This document shows, piece after piece, positions 1 to 9,628 of a stretch of DNA of 64,000 bases (positions within the stretch are counted from its first letter, which is position 1; the number at the start of each line of letters is the position of its first letter). Below the pieces are notes generated by a model, which saw only the letters and a list, made by a program, of their open reading frames with translations, did no database searches and had not been told where the DNA came from. The position numbers were made by a program, and so were the translations under genes. The DNA comes from Gemmatimonas sp. (GTDB taxonomy: Bacteria > Gemmatimonadota > Gemmatimonadetes > Gemmatimonadales > Gemmatimonadaceae): the NCBI GenBank assembly GCA_031414535.1, contig JANNVQ010000005.1:1-64000 (forward strand), given 5' to 3'.

Positions 1-375
1 GGCGCAACTCGCACCCGCTCTGGGGACTCGACCGCGTGTTGCTCGAGCGCGGGTACGTCATTATCGCGGTGGCCGGCGCGCCAGCGATGCCCGCCGCGTA
101 CACACCGGGCTTAGTGAAGAGCGACATTGACGTGAGCAGGCCGCCGTAGCTGCTGCCCCAGATTCCCACGCGAGCAGAATCTGCGATGCCCTGCGCCACC
201 AGCCACTCTACGCCGGAATGGAGATCCTCAACGTCAATGCCGCCGTAGTCGAGTCGAATGCGGCGGCGGAAGTTGGTGCCGTGACCCGAACTTCCCGCGA
301 CGTCCACCGCGATAATGACGTACCCGCGCTCGAGCAACACGCGGTCGAGTCCCCAGAGCGGGTGCGAGTTGCGCC
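1..375. repeat. Exact 72-bp inverted duplication (1-72 = reverse complement of 304-375)
   Basis: Base-by-base comparison. Confidence 0.95.
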
Positions 376-1948
376 CGCCCCACTGATTCCGCACGGTGTT
401 GCTATACACCGATCCCATAATCACCGGATATCGCCGGCCAGGCTCGTAGCCAGGTGGCAGCATGAGCCGCGCGTGCAGCGTGGCCCCGTCCGCGCGACTC
501 GGAAACGTCACATAGCGCGGCGTGGCCCAGGTGTACCGCGCAAACTCGGCGCGCGGCGATGTGGTCACGCGGCGCTCGCTCGCGAGAGCGGGGCTGCTAA
601 CAGCGAGATCCGTGAGGTACAGATCCGGCGGGATGGTGTCGCTAGAGAAGAGCACCGCAGCCCAGCGACCATCGGGCGAGACGGTGGGCGTGTGCGTTCC
701 TGCCCGCAGCGACACACGCGTGGCCGCGCCACCGTTGAGCGGCACGCGAAACAACTGACGCTCCTCTGGTCGTCCGGCGTTCGCCACGAGTACATGGCCA
801 CCTCGCGTGAGCGTGGAGCTGAACACAGCCCATTCTCCGCTCGTGATGGCGCGCGGTGCGTTCCCATTGATTGGCGCATACCACACGTGGTAATCAACAG
901 CGCGGTCCGACGTGAAGTAGATACCCTGCCCGTCCGCGCTCCATACGCTACGCCACTCGGCGCTCACGTTCAGCGAGTCGCGCTCTCGTACCAAGAGCCG
1001 AGCGGCGGCGCTCGTAGCATCAACGAGCAAGATTCGGCGGTCCTTGACGAAGAGATCGCTCTTGTCCACCACGAGCTGGCCGCCGCGGGGCGACCACGAG
1101 TACGAGAAGATGAGGTCCATCGGCTCGGGGCCGAGATTAACCCAGCGCGGCTCGCCTCCGGTGGCGGCAACAATACCCAAACGGCGCGACTCCGAGGGCT
1201 CTCCTGGATAGTTGCGCTGGACCTGACGCAGAACAGTCTCTTCGCCGAGGTAATCAGGAATGCCACGCGTTGGAATGGCGGAGCGATCGGTCTCGATGAA
1301 AGCGAAGGCAGATCTATCCGGCGCCCAAGCGAAACTCTCCACGCTCTTGCCAGCTGCAGCGAGCGTGGTCACGCGCTGCGCAGCGCCAAGTGAATCGCCG
1401 GCAAGCGGAGCCCACCACAGGTCGCCGCGCGAAAGCCATGCGAGGGCGCGTCCGTCCGCTGAGAAGCTGGCACGCTGCTTGGGCCCGAGGATGTTGGTGA
1501 ACCGTACAGGCTCGCTCCCCGGTCGGACGCTCCACAGGTCGCCGCGGTAGGTGTAGAGCACGCGCTGGCCGTCAGGATGCCAGAAGAGTCCGCTGACGCC
1601 CGTGTTCAGTTCGTTGGAGATGGCAACGCGCTGCGCGAGCGTGTCAGTGCCGAGGTCATTCGAGACATCCGGGCGTGGTAAGCGCGTCAGCCGCACAGGC
1701 CGCGCGGTCTCAATGTCCGTCATCCAAACGTCGAGGAAGTTCAGTCCCGCATCGTTCCAGAGAAACGCCACGCGTCGGCTGTCCGGACTCCACGCGGCGC
1801 CGCGTGGCTCGGTACCGATGAGCGAGGGTCCGCTGTAAAACGCGTTGATCGAAATGTCAGGCCGCGTTTGCGACGCAAGCGGCGAAGCAACCGTTAGGGT
1901 GAGCCCGAGAAGGACCGACGCCGCACGGGGATTCGCAATTGTCATCAT
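1..1948 (-). CDS. S9 family serine peptidase (dipeptidyl/prolyl oligopeptidase-like), secreted; 3' end missing or chimeric at the window edge
   Basis: Absent from the ORF track (no stop in window). Manual translation from ATG 1948 gives signal peptide MMTIANPRAASVLLGLTLTVASPLAS, then AWSPDSRRVAFLWN and, in the same frame, the S9 motif RVGIWGSSYGG (nt ~140-172). The start overlaps the upstream stop (ATGA). Confidence 0.85.
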   Translation of the reverse strand, partial: MMTIANPRAASVLLGLTLTVASPLASQTRPDISINAFYSGPSLIGTEPRGAAWSPDSRRVAFLWNDAGLNFLDVWMTDIETARPVRLTRLPRPDVSNDLGTDTLAQRVAISNELNTGVSGLFWHPDGQRVLYTYRGDLWSVRPGSEPVRFTNILGPKQRASFSADGRALAWLSRGDLWWAPLAGDSLGAAQRVTTLAAAGKSVESFAWAPDRSAFAFIETDRSAIPTRGIPDYLGEETVLRQVQRNYPGEPSESRRLGIVAATGGEPRWVNLGPEPMDLIFSYSWSPRGGQLVVDKSDLFVKDRRILLVDATSAAARLLVRERDSLNVSAEWRSVWSADGQGIYFTSDRAVDYHVWYAPINGNAPRAITSGEWAVFSSTLTRGGHVLVANAGRPEERQLFRVPLNGGAATRVSLRAGTHTPTVSPDGRWAAVLFSSDTIPPDLYLTDLAVSSPALASERRVTTSPRAEFARYTWATPRYVTFPSRADGATLHARLMLPPGYEPGRRYPVIMGSVYSNTVRNQWGGRNSHPLWGLDRVLLERGYVIIAVDVAGSSGHGTNFRRRIRLDYGGIDVEDLHSGVEWLVAQGIADSARVGIWGSSYGGLLTSMSLFTKPGVYAAGIAGAPATAIMTYPRSSNTRSSPQSGCELR

Positions 1949-4380
1949 GGTGTGAGCACCGTGCGCTCCGCGGCCACCGACTCCACGCGCGGCCGCGAAT
2001 AGTAGAGAGGGAAGAACCTGTCCTGCGACCAATCTCGGAACAGGTCGCGATACCAGCGACTGTCAGGATCTCCCGACTGCCCCGGTGTGTTGGTGACAAT
2101 CGCTGTGTCCCAGTTTCCCACGTCAACGACCATGCGGAAGCTCGCACCGGAGGTCTGATTGTTGCTGCCGCCTCCAGCATTCAAGGTCAGTCCGTAGCCA
2201 CCGCGAGGGAGCGGACCCACCTCGAACTTTGCCCGCAGGCTGTCGTGCAGCGCCTCGCTCAATGGATGCTGCAACAAGGCGTGGCGATACCCAGGTCGGC
2301 CGTAGGTCCACGTTGCGACGTCGCGCCCGAATCGCCGCGTTAAATCTCGTTCGGCGTCATTGAGCGCCTGCACCAGCAGCGAATCCCGCGTCTCCATAGG
2401 TGCGGCGCCCCATTCTCCTGGCGGGACCTGCAACCATCCGATGATCGAACGCACGGAGACTGAGCGCAGGCGCGTGCGCTCATTCGGCGCCAGCATCTTC
2501 TCATACACGAGCCGGCGCAATGCCGCTTCCCAAGCCACGTACACGCCCGCCTCCACGCTGCTGCGTGAAAGCACGTAATCCCAAGCGAGCAGACGTTGCC
2601 TTAGCGAATCGAGTCGCGCGCTGGCAATCGGGACATCACGCAGGAGCGGAACCAACTGACGCGCGGGGATGGCGAGTTCGTCAGTCTGGAGTCGCGCCAT
2701 ATCCGACAGCGAATGCTTGCGCCCACTGCCCAGCACCTCCGACGCGCGCGCAAAGCGGTATGGATCGGCCCACGAGAATCCGATCGCATCCATATACGGG
2801 TAGTCGCGCGGAGTCAGGTCATTGTTGGCCGTTGCGAGGAATCCCTGCGCTGGGTCCACGGCATTCGGTTTGAGCAGGATATCGAGATACCCATCCCATT
2901 CGAAGCGCCCATCACCCGGCACGGGCACCATGCCGCTGAAGTTCGGCCGCCGCGGCGCGATGCCCACCGCCTGCCAGCCAATGTGCCCCGTGCGATCAGC
3001 CCAAATCATATTCTCACCCGGAATGTGCGAGTACCGATTGGCCTCGCGGAATTCCTCCCAGGTGCGCGACTGATCCATCCGAAGACTCGCGAGGTATGGT
3101 GCGCCTCCTATCTCCATCCACGCCGCGCGCACGGCGAACGCCTTGCGACGCGCGGCATCGCGATGCACCACTGGTCCGTGCCGCGTATACCGATGCTCAA
3201 CGATCTCCGGTGAGCGCCCCTTCACGGCGATCGTGTCGCGAATGATGCGCATGCGTTCCCACTCGCCCTTGTAGCGATAGCGATCGGGATCTGAAGGGTC
3301 GGTGTCGTACACCAAGAGGTCTTCGCCGTCAGTGGCGAAAATCGTCAGGCCCCACGCACCGTACTCGTTGTGCCCAATCGAAATACCCGGCAGCACCGGT
3401 TCTCCACCGCCAATCACATTCCAACCTGGCCCCACCAAGTGCGTGATGTAGCGCAGGGACGGCGCCGAGAGCGCGCGGTGCGGATCGTTGGCCATAATGG
3501 GATAGCCACTCTCCGTGAGCGCGCCGCTCACGACCCAATTGTTGCTGCCGATGTCGCGCGCTTCGTGCGTCCACGCGAATGGATCAACACCACTCTCCTC
3601 AATGGTGGCCGCATCCGTCATTTCGCCGCGTTGAGCTGCAGGCCGTGCGCGCGCTGACGCGACGACATCTTCGGGAAGGAAGCGCAGGCTCGCACGATAC
3701 GCGTTGTAGAGCCGCAGGATGTCGCTTGCGAGCAAGGCCGAATCAATGCCCGGCGCGAGTGTGAGATCGGGCACGCCGGGACCAAAGTCCGACAGGCGAT
3801 GTACACGCTCAGCCCCCAGTGAGGCCACCGCACGACCGATGGTGAGTTCCTCCGTGAGGTTGCCGAGCAAACCCTGATGCCGCGAGATCACCACCTCGGG
3901 TGTCCAGAAACCGGGAAGCGTGTTCAGCAGGCGAAACTCGAGTGGCAACGACGCCGGATTGCCGCGTGCTTCTCGCACGTACGCATTCACGCCGTCCACG
4001 AAGGCGGTAATGATGGCCGCCCCGCGTGGGTGATAGTGATTCATCTCCGCCGTGAGATCACCGCGGAACTTGAAGAGTCGTGTCCCGATGTCCCGCTCCA
4101 GCTCACGGGCCCCAAGCCACTCGGCGACCGTCCCGGTGGCCTGCCGACGCCAAAGTTCAAACTGAAACAGTCGGTCCTTGGCCGCGCTGTACCCCTGCGC
4201 GAAGAAGAGATCGTGCTCCGTCTGGGCATAGATGTGGTTTACTCCCCATCGGTCGCGGATGACCTCGACTGACTGCTCGAGCCCCGCGACGCGCAGCGGC
4301 ACGGCGGATTGCGAGGCAAGCGTGCGAGAGAGCAGTACGAAAGCACAGCCGAGTAGCAGGGCGCGAGGAACAGTTAGCAT
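1945..4380 (-). CDS. Penicillin acylase family (Ntn-hydrolase, peptidase S45), secreted
   Basis: RDRWGVNHIYA, GSNNW beta-subunit nucleophile, ANDPH and PGQSG motifs. Start placed at MLTVPRALLLG (ORF extends to 4440). Confidence 0.93.
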   Translation of the reverse strand: MLTVPRALLLGCAFVLLSRTLASQSAVPLRVAGLEQSVEVIRDRWGVNHIYAQTEHDLFFAQGYSAAKDRLFQFELWRRQATGTVAEWLGARELERDIGTRLFKFRGDLTAEMNHYHPRGAAIITAFVDGVNAYVREARGNPASLPLEFRLLNTLPGFWTPEVVISRHQGLLGNLTEELTIGRAVASLGAERVHRLSDFGPGVPDLTLAPGIDSALLASDILRLYNAYRASLRFLPEDVVASARARPAAQRGEMTDAATIEESGVDPFAWTHEARDIGSNNWVVSGALTESGYPIMANDPHRALSAPSLRYITHLVGPGWNVIGGGEPVLPGISIGHNEYGAWGLTIFATDGEDLLVYDTDPSDPDRYRYKGEWERMRIIRDTIAVKGRSPEIVEHRYTRHGPVVHRDAARRKAFAVRAAWMEIGGAPYLASLRMDQSRTWEEFREANRYSHIPGENMIWADRTGHIGWQAVGIAPRRPNFSGMVPVPGDGRFEWDGYLDILLKPNAVDPAQGFLATANNDLTPRDYPYMDAIGFSWADPYRFARASEVLGSGRKHSLSDMARLQTDELAIPARQLVPLLRDVPIASARLDSLRQRLLAWDYVLSRSSVEAGVYVAWEAALRRLVYEKMLAPNERTRLRSVSVRSIIGWLQVPPGEWGAAPMETRDSLLVQALNDAERDLTRRFGRDVATWTYGRPGYRHALLQHPLSEALHDSLRAKFEVGPLPRGGYGLTLNAGGGSNNQTSGASFRMVVDVGNWDTAIVTNTPGQSGDPDSRWYRDLFRDWSQDRFFPLYYSRPRVESVAAERTVLTP

Positions 4381-4442
4381 CCGAATCGTGGTGAGAGAAG
4401 GTCCTCCAATACTTCGCGACCCCGCATGAGTCGAAGTCATTA

Positions 4443-5276
4443 CTAGTGCTGCGGATTTTCTCGGCAGACGACTGCTGCACTATCCGGCAGCGCGCTCACT
4501 GGGTTCGGCAGATTCACCGCGACGCCGCAGATGAGCCCGGGGGTCCGCCCATGCGTCAGCGTGGCGCTCCAACCCGAAGCGTCCGCTATGATGACGGGCT
4601 CCTCGACGCCGTCTGCGGTTTGAAATACGGGCAGTTCGGCGAGGGACCGCGCGTAGCGGGAACTGTCCGCGAAGAAGCTCTCCTGCGCGCTGACGAGATT
4701 GCGCAAATCCGACTCGAGCACGCTCCGGTATGCCGAAGACTTCGAACCCCCGCTGAACTTGGGCAGCAGCATTGTCGCCATGAGCGCGAGCAGCACGCCA
4801 GTTCCCGTGGCACCCTGATGGCGCAGGGCATAGTGCTCAGGTTGCTCCTCTGCGACACGGCTGGTCCACGCACGAATCAACACCGAGACGCCCAAAGCAA
4901 TGAAGCCATAACCGATATATCGAAACGGGCGGAGCCCTACTGGCATCATTAGATCGCGCGTGGACAGTTCCAGCAGGATCGCAAAGAATCCCAGCCCGAT
5001 GACGCTGATGCCGCTGCCGGTAGCTGAACGCCGGAGCGACCGACCCAGACCCGCGTCGCGGTGTGCAAACGAATGTCTGAGAAAGGCGACGGACGGTCCC
5101 GCCGCAATCAGCCAGCCGGTAGCGGCGAGCAGGAGTGTTAGCAGCGGCGGCAACTCCCCACTGAGAAACACCAAGCTCACCGAAAGGACCCATAGCCCCA
5201 GCAGCGCGAGGTACCATCTGCCCAGGTCGCGACCCGCGACAACCAAGGGACCGCTGGTTGAGGACTTCATAACCAT
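4443..5276 (-). CDS. Membrane protein with a C-terminal type IV pilin-like domain
   Basis: About 4 hydrophobic segments, then LLALMATMLLPKF..SDLRNLVSAQESFFADSSRY..GWSATLTH..C..C. Start uncertain (5270-5345). Confidence 0.6.
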   Translation of the reverse strand: MVMKSSTSGPLVVAGRDLGRWYLALLGLWVLSVSLVFLSGELPPLLTLLLAATGWLIAAGPSVAFLRHSFAHRDAGLGRSLRRSATGSGISVIGLGFFAILLELSTRDLMMPVGLRPFRYIGYGFIALGVSVLIRAWTSRVAEEQPEHYALRHQGATGTGVLLALMATMLLPKFSGGSKSSAYRSVLESDLRNLVSAQESFFADSSRYARSLAELPVFQTADGVEEPVIIADASGWSATLTHGRTPGLICGVAVNLPNPVSALPDSAAVVCRENPQH

Positions 5277-5381
5277 AGCATATGAGGCCCAATGTGTAGC
5301 CGCTAGGTGGATTCTCATTGAGACAATGATCGCTACGGGTCGCAAAGCCCAGCGCCCTGTCCTAAGAACCGGGACCGCGTC

Positions 5382-6101
5382 TCAGGACCGCCCTCGACGC
5401 CGCGATCGTGGGAAGAGCCGCGGATTCCGGTGCATGAACCTTCGCACCGCGTCCACGGCAAACGAAAAGCGGCCGCGGCGCGTGTAGGCATAGCCAATCA
5501 CGCCTACAACCACGGCGCCGATCAGGTCGAGGATGAGGTCGTACATCGTGTCGCGGACGCCGGTCTCGTGGCTCATCATGTTGATGTGCGGCCATCGGAG
5601 GTCAACCGCGAACTCGAAGATCTCCCAGACCACGCCGAGCGTGACGGCGAAACAGACGCCGAAGACGGACAACAGCGCGGGTCCCGTCGTGCGCGGCAAG
5701 TGGTCGGACTGCAACAGCAGGAACATCACGATCCAGCCGACGATACCGAAAAGGAAGCCCGAGCTGGTGTGCAGGACGATGTCCCACCACCAGTACGTGT
5801 AGTAGAAATCGCCCGCCGAACCGAGGAACAGCGAGAGGAAGACGAACAGGGCGGCGATGAGCTGGAACTCGGGCGGTACGTGAATGCGCGAGCGCCGGAG
5901 CACGTAGGTCGGCACGACGGTCAGTGCAATCACGGCAAGGGTGAGGAAGACGTTCTCCCAATCGCGCCGTAGCAGGAACAGCACCAGACCCACCGCGAGC
6001 CAAATTTGGATAAACAGCGTAGCGCCGTTGGTGAGTCGGCGCGCGCCGGCGGAGAGCGGGGCTGCGCCCGGCGGTGGCGCGGATCGTGCGGGCTGCGTCA
6101 C
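5382..6101 (-). CDS. Integral membrane protein (DUF2238-like)
   Basis: 6-7 TM segments with WWDIVLH, WEIFEF and DTMYDL motifs. Confidence 0.65.
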   Translation of the reverse strand: MTQPARSAPPPGAAPLSAGARRLTNGATLFIQIWLAVGLVLFLLRRDWENVFLTLAVIALTVVPTYVLRRSRIHVPPEFQLIAALFVFLSLFLGSAGDFYYTYWWWDIVLHTSSGFLFGIVGWIVMFLLLQSDHLPRTTGPALLSVFGVCFAVTLGVVWEIFEFAVDLRWPHINMMSHETGVRDTMYDLILDLIGAVVVGVIGYAYTRRGRFSFAVDAVRRFMHRNPRLFPRSRRRGRS

Positions 6102-6117
6102 TGCCCTGTCGCCGGCG

Positions 6118-6942
6118 TCATTGCAGGAACTCGAGCATCAGCGCGTTGAGTTGCTCCGCATGGGTCGCGGCGAAGCCGTGCGGCGCACCCTTCAGCACTT
6201 CCAACCTGCTGTTCGCGATCATCTTGTGCGAGCGCCTCGCCGAGATATCAATCGGCACGATGCGGTCGGCGTCCCCGTGCACAATGAGTGTCGGCACGGT
6301 GACGGCCTTCAGGTCCTCGCGGAAGTCGGTGGTGCCGAACGCGACGATGCACTGCTGGGTACCAAGTGGTGAGGCGCCCCACGCCATCCACTTGCTGAAC
6401 GGGATCAGATCGGCACTGACGCCCTTCGAGCCCGCATCGGAGTTGAAGAAATTTGGAAAGAACTCCGCGAGGAAGCCGATACGATCCTTTCGTACGCCGT
6501 CGAGCATTCCGTCGAAGACACTCTGGTCAACACCCTCGGGGTTATCGGGCGTCTTGAGCAGAAACGGCGGAACAGCGCCAAGCAGCATGGCCTTCGACAC
6601 CCGCTCGGACCCGTACCGGCCGAGGTAGCGCGCGACTTCACCACCGCCCATGGAGAACCCCACCAACACCGCATCACGCAGGTCGAGATGCGTCATCAGG
6701 TCGTTGAGGTCGGCGGCGAAAGTATCGTAGTCATACCCAAGCGTCGGCCGTCCCGAGTCCCCGAAGCCTCGTCGGTCATACGCGACGCAACGATAGCCGG
6801 CTTCGGTCAGGGCGTTGATCTGAGCTTCCCACATGCGATGGCTGAGCGGCCAGCCGTGAATCAGCACAATGGGCTGCCCTTTGCCGAGGTCCTGGTAGTA
6901 GATGTCGGTCGCGTATGCGCCGGTGGTCTTCACGTATGGCAC
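6118..6942 (-). CDS. Alpha/beta hydrolase (non-heme haloperoxidase/arylesterase type)
   Basis: HGWP, YDRRGFG, GFSMGG nucleophile elbow, HGDAD, APHG. Confidence 0.92.
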   Translation of the reverse strand: MPYVKTTGAYATDIYYQDLGKGQPIVLIHGWPLSHRMWEAQINALTEAGYRCVAYDRRGFGDSGRPTLGYDYDTFAADLNDLMTHLDLRDAVLVGFSMGGGEVARYLGRYGSERVSKAMLLGAVPPFLLKTPDNPEGVDQSVFDGMLDGVRKDRIGFLAEFFPNFFNSDAGSKGVSADLIPFSKWMAWGASPLGTQQCIVAFGTTDFREDLKAVTVPTLIVHGDADRIVPIDISARRSHKMIANSRLEVLKGAPHGFAATHAEQLNALMLEFLQ

Positions 6943-6995
6943 GGTGTGTCCTGGCTAGACGAACGGACTGGCATCATTACCCCGACTCACTTCGC

Positions 6996-7355
6996 TTATG
7001 GGCGAAGCACGAGGTTATTCACGATGCTGTAGCCCGTCGCTTTCGTCGCGGCGATCTCACCGGCCACGCGCTTCTGCTCGGCGGTCTTCACGAAACCGTT
7101 GAGCGTCACCCTCTTGAGCGCTTCATCAGTATCCACGTTGATGTCGCCGGCGCCAACGCGCGGGTCCGCAATAATCGCGGCTTTAATCGAAGCAGTCTCG
7201 AGCGCTCCACCCATGGCGTCCGTGGTCTTCTCTGCGGCCTTCGCCGTGCTTTCTAGCGCCTCAGCCGCGTCTTCCTTCGCTCCATCTGCCGTATTGCCGC
7301 AGCCGACCGCAAATGCGAGCAGCAGTGCGCTCGCGCCGATCCGTATGGTTCTCAT
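6996..7355 (-). CDS. BON-domain lipoprotein
   Basis: Lipobox AVGC, INVDT..VTLNGFV..IVNNL BON pattern, GGGAG RBS before ATG 7355. Confidence 0.85.
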   Translation of the reverse strand: MRTIRIGASALLLAFAVGCGNTADGAKEDAAEALESTAKAAEKTTDAMGGALETASIKAAIIADPRVGAGDINVDTDEALKRVTLNGFVKTAEQKRVAGEIAATKATGYSIVNNLVLRP

Positions 7356-7514
7356 TGCCAGCTCCCGAATGTGAGTGTGCCCGTCGGCCCCGCCCGGTGG
7401 CGGATCCGTCCGTTCCGAAAGCTCGACACCCACGCTTGTTGGAACCATCACACAAAGGGTGTAGACGGTGGCTCGCTCGTTCGGGGGAGTCCGTGATGCG
7501 ACTGCTCGAGCGGC

Positions 7515-8501
7515 TCAGCCCTTAGGCACAATCAGAATCTTGCCGTCCCGCTCTCCCGCCGCCGCCGCAGCAACGGCTTCCTTGATCTGACTCACGTCGT
7601 ACGTCGCCTGCACGCGAGTCTTCAGTTGTCCCGTCGCAATTAGCTTGGCCACTTCACCGAAGACGGCCATCTGCTGGGGCGGCGTGGCCTTGCGGAACCA
7701 CTGCGCCAGCCAAAACCCGCGCAGGGTCACGTCGCGGAACACGAACGACGCGGGTGACACCACGCACGGTTCGCCGCTCATCATGCCGTAGTTCACCAGC
7801 ACAGCGCTCTGCGCGAGACAACTGGCGATGTTGTCGGTGGCCTTTCCGCCAACCGCGTCGATGCCGAGTCGGATCTTGGCGCGACCGGTCGCCGCCGCGA
7901 CGCGTTCAGCGAGGCCCGGACCATCAACAAGAACCACATCGCCGCCCAAAGCCGTCAACGCGGCCACGGCTGAATCTCGCCTGACGATGTTGACGGTCTT
8001 GAGGCCGCGCATCTTGGCGAGCTGAACGAGGTTCTCACCGACGCCGGAGTTCGCCGCGTTCTGAATCACCCACTCGCCCGGCTGCAGGTCAACGAACTCC
8101 TTCAGCATGAGCAATGCGGTCGGCGGGTTGACGGTCATCATCGCCAGTTGTAGCGGATCCACGCCGTTCGGCAGCGGCATCAGCGTGGCTGCGTCTGCGA
8201 CGATGTGAGTGGACCAGGTGCCGCTGCCGACCGGCAAGAGCACCGTCTGGCCCACGGCGGGAGCAGTTACGCCGGGTCCGAGTTGGGCGACCACGCCAAC
8301 TCCTTCGTTGCCACCGACGGCCGGCAGCGGCGGCAAGATGCCATAGCCGCCCGTCAGCGTGAGAATGTCGGAGGGATTGATTGGCGCGGCGAGCACCTTG
8401 ATCAGCGCCTGCCCGGCGGTCAGCGGTGCCGCCGTGAAGTCAACCGCGGCGATGGAGGCTTCTGGGACGGGGCCGCGTGCGGTGTATTGGGCGCGTTGCA
8501 T
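7515..8501 (-). CDS. MDR-family NADPH-dependent trans-2-enoyl-thioester reductase (MECR/Etr1-like)
   Basis: APINPSD, GNEGVG, TVNPPTA, IQNAANSGVG, YGMMSG, LRGFW motifs. Confidence 0.88.
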   Translation of the reverse strand: MQRAQYTARGPVPEASIAAVDFTAAPLTAGQALIKVLAAPINPSDILTLTGGYGILPPLPAVGGNEGVGVVAQLGPGVTAPAVGQTVLLPVGSGTWSTHIVADAATLMPLPNGVDPLQLAMMTVNPPTALLMLKEFVDLQPGEWVIQNAANSGVGENLVQLAKMRGLKTVNIVRRDSAVAALTALGGDVVLVDGPGLAERVAAATGRAKIRLGIDAVGGKATDNIASCLAQSAVLVNYGMMSGEPCVVSPASFVFRDVTLRGFWLAQWFRKATPPQQMAVFGEVAKLIATGQLKTRVQATYDVSQIKEAVAAAAAGERDGKILIVPKG

Positions 8502-8750
8502 GTGAGTTCCCTGGATTGATTGAGTGACGAAGGCGTGTCGGAGACCCACTCAGGGTACCTTCGCACCATGCGCCGAGAACCACGCGACGACCGGCGTCAT
8601 CGTGGGTTGCTCGGGCCGTTCGGGGTCGGTCATGGCGGGGAGCTGGAAAGGCGGATGACGGCCGCAAGCGGGCCGCCGGAAACGTCACGCCGAGGATGCT
8701 TGGAAGCAAGGCATTTCTATGGCTCTTAGGTGGCCCTCACAACGATCACG

Positions 8751-9074
8751 ACCTGCGCCGAAATCGCACGAGAGCTGCAACGCGCGCCCAGCACGATCAG
8801 CCGCGAGGTGCGCCGCAACGCGCAGTTTTTCCACGCGGAGTGAGCCTTAGTGTAGGACCTCATCCGTGATGACTGGAGTCCCGAACTGATCGCAGGGTGG
8901 TGTGCGCGCTTGGGGATGCTCGTGATAAGCCACAAGACGATTAACCAGCATGTCGGGGCAGGCACGGAGCACGGTGGCACGCTCTACACGCATCTGCCTG
9001 TCATCACGAAGAGCCTGCGCGAACGCTCCCGCACCTATGACAGTCGCGGACCCCTCGCGGGGAAGCGGCAGATC
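8751..9074 (+). pseudogene. IS30 family transposase remnant
   Basis: Frame reads AEIARELQRAPSTISREVRRN..*..*..WSPELIAG..ISHKTI..GGTLYTHL..YDSRGPLAGKR, with two in-frame stops and no DDE domain. Confidence 0.8.
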
Positions 9075-9112
9075 CTAAACTGCTTCGCCCCCCCTCTGTC
9101 CTCGAGGAAGAC

Positions 9113-9179
9113 GATGCCCTGGTTACACGCGAACCCTATGGACAAAACAAAAGCGCTACCCATGTACCCGGGCTGTACC
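9113..9179 (+). mobile_element. Possible IS481-like scar
   Basis: MPWLHANPMD resembles IS481 transposase N-termini and is followed by TACCCATGTACCCGGGCTGTAC, which resembles an IS481 end. Confidence 0.35.
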
Positions 9180-9628
9180 GGGGACGGCACGAACTAGTCC
9201 GTTTGTGCCACCCTGACCCGTGCTATTTGGCGATGGTGGCCCTCGAAGGGAAGTTGAGTATTTACGATGCCCTCACCGGAGAGACCTGATGTCCTATTCG
9301 AAGAAAGGCATGCTCGCGTTGCTGCGCGACCTGATGGAGCGTGACCGGGGCCGCCACGCGCGACTGACGGAAGTTGGGCGTGCCGTAAAGACCGCCCCAG
9401 CGACCCCTCCCAGGGCCTTGAGGGACGCTGGCTGGTCGACGACGAGTTCCTTCGATCTCGCGACGGCCTCAAGCGACGCGATGGTGCGGCGTCGCAGTAC
9501 TTCCTGATGAGCGGAATCCGCAGCCTCTTCCCGCCCCACTCCGGCATCGGCGTGTAGGCGAACAATTCAATCGATGGACGCGTCGCATTGGCTCGCAGAT
9601 GTCAGACCTCGCACGTATCGTAGTCCGC

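Noticed and set aside
218..1393. 391-aa plus-strand ORF
   Set aside because: Antisense shadow of the S9 peptidase, with no recognisable motifs
9194..9565. Overlapping short ORFs after the IS remnants
   Set aside because: No recognisable domain and no way to choose a frame; possibly a decayed gene
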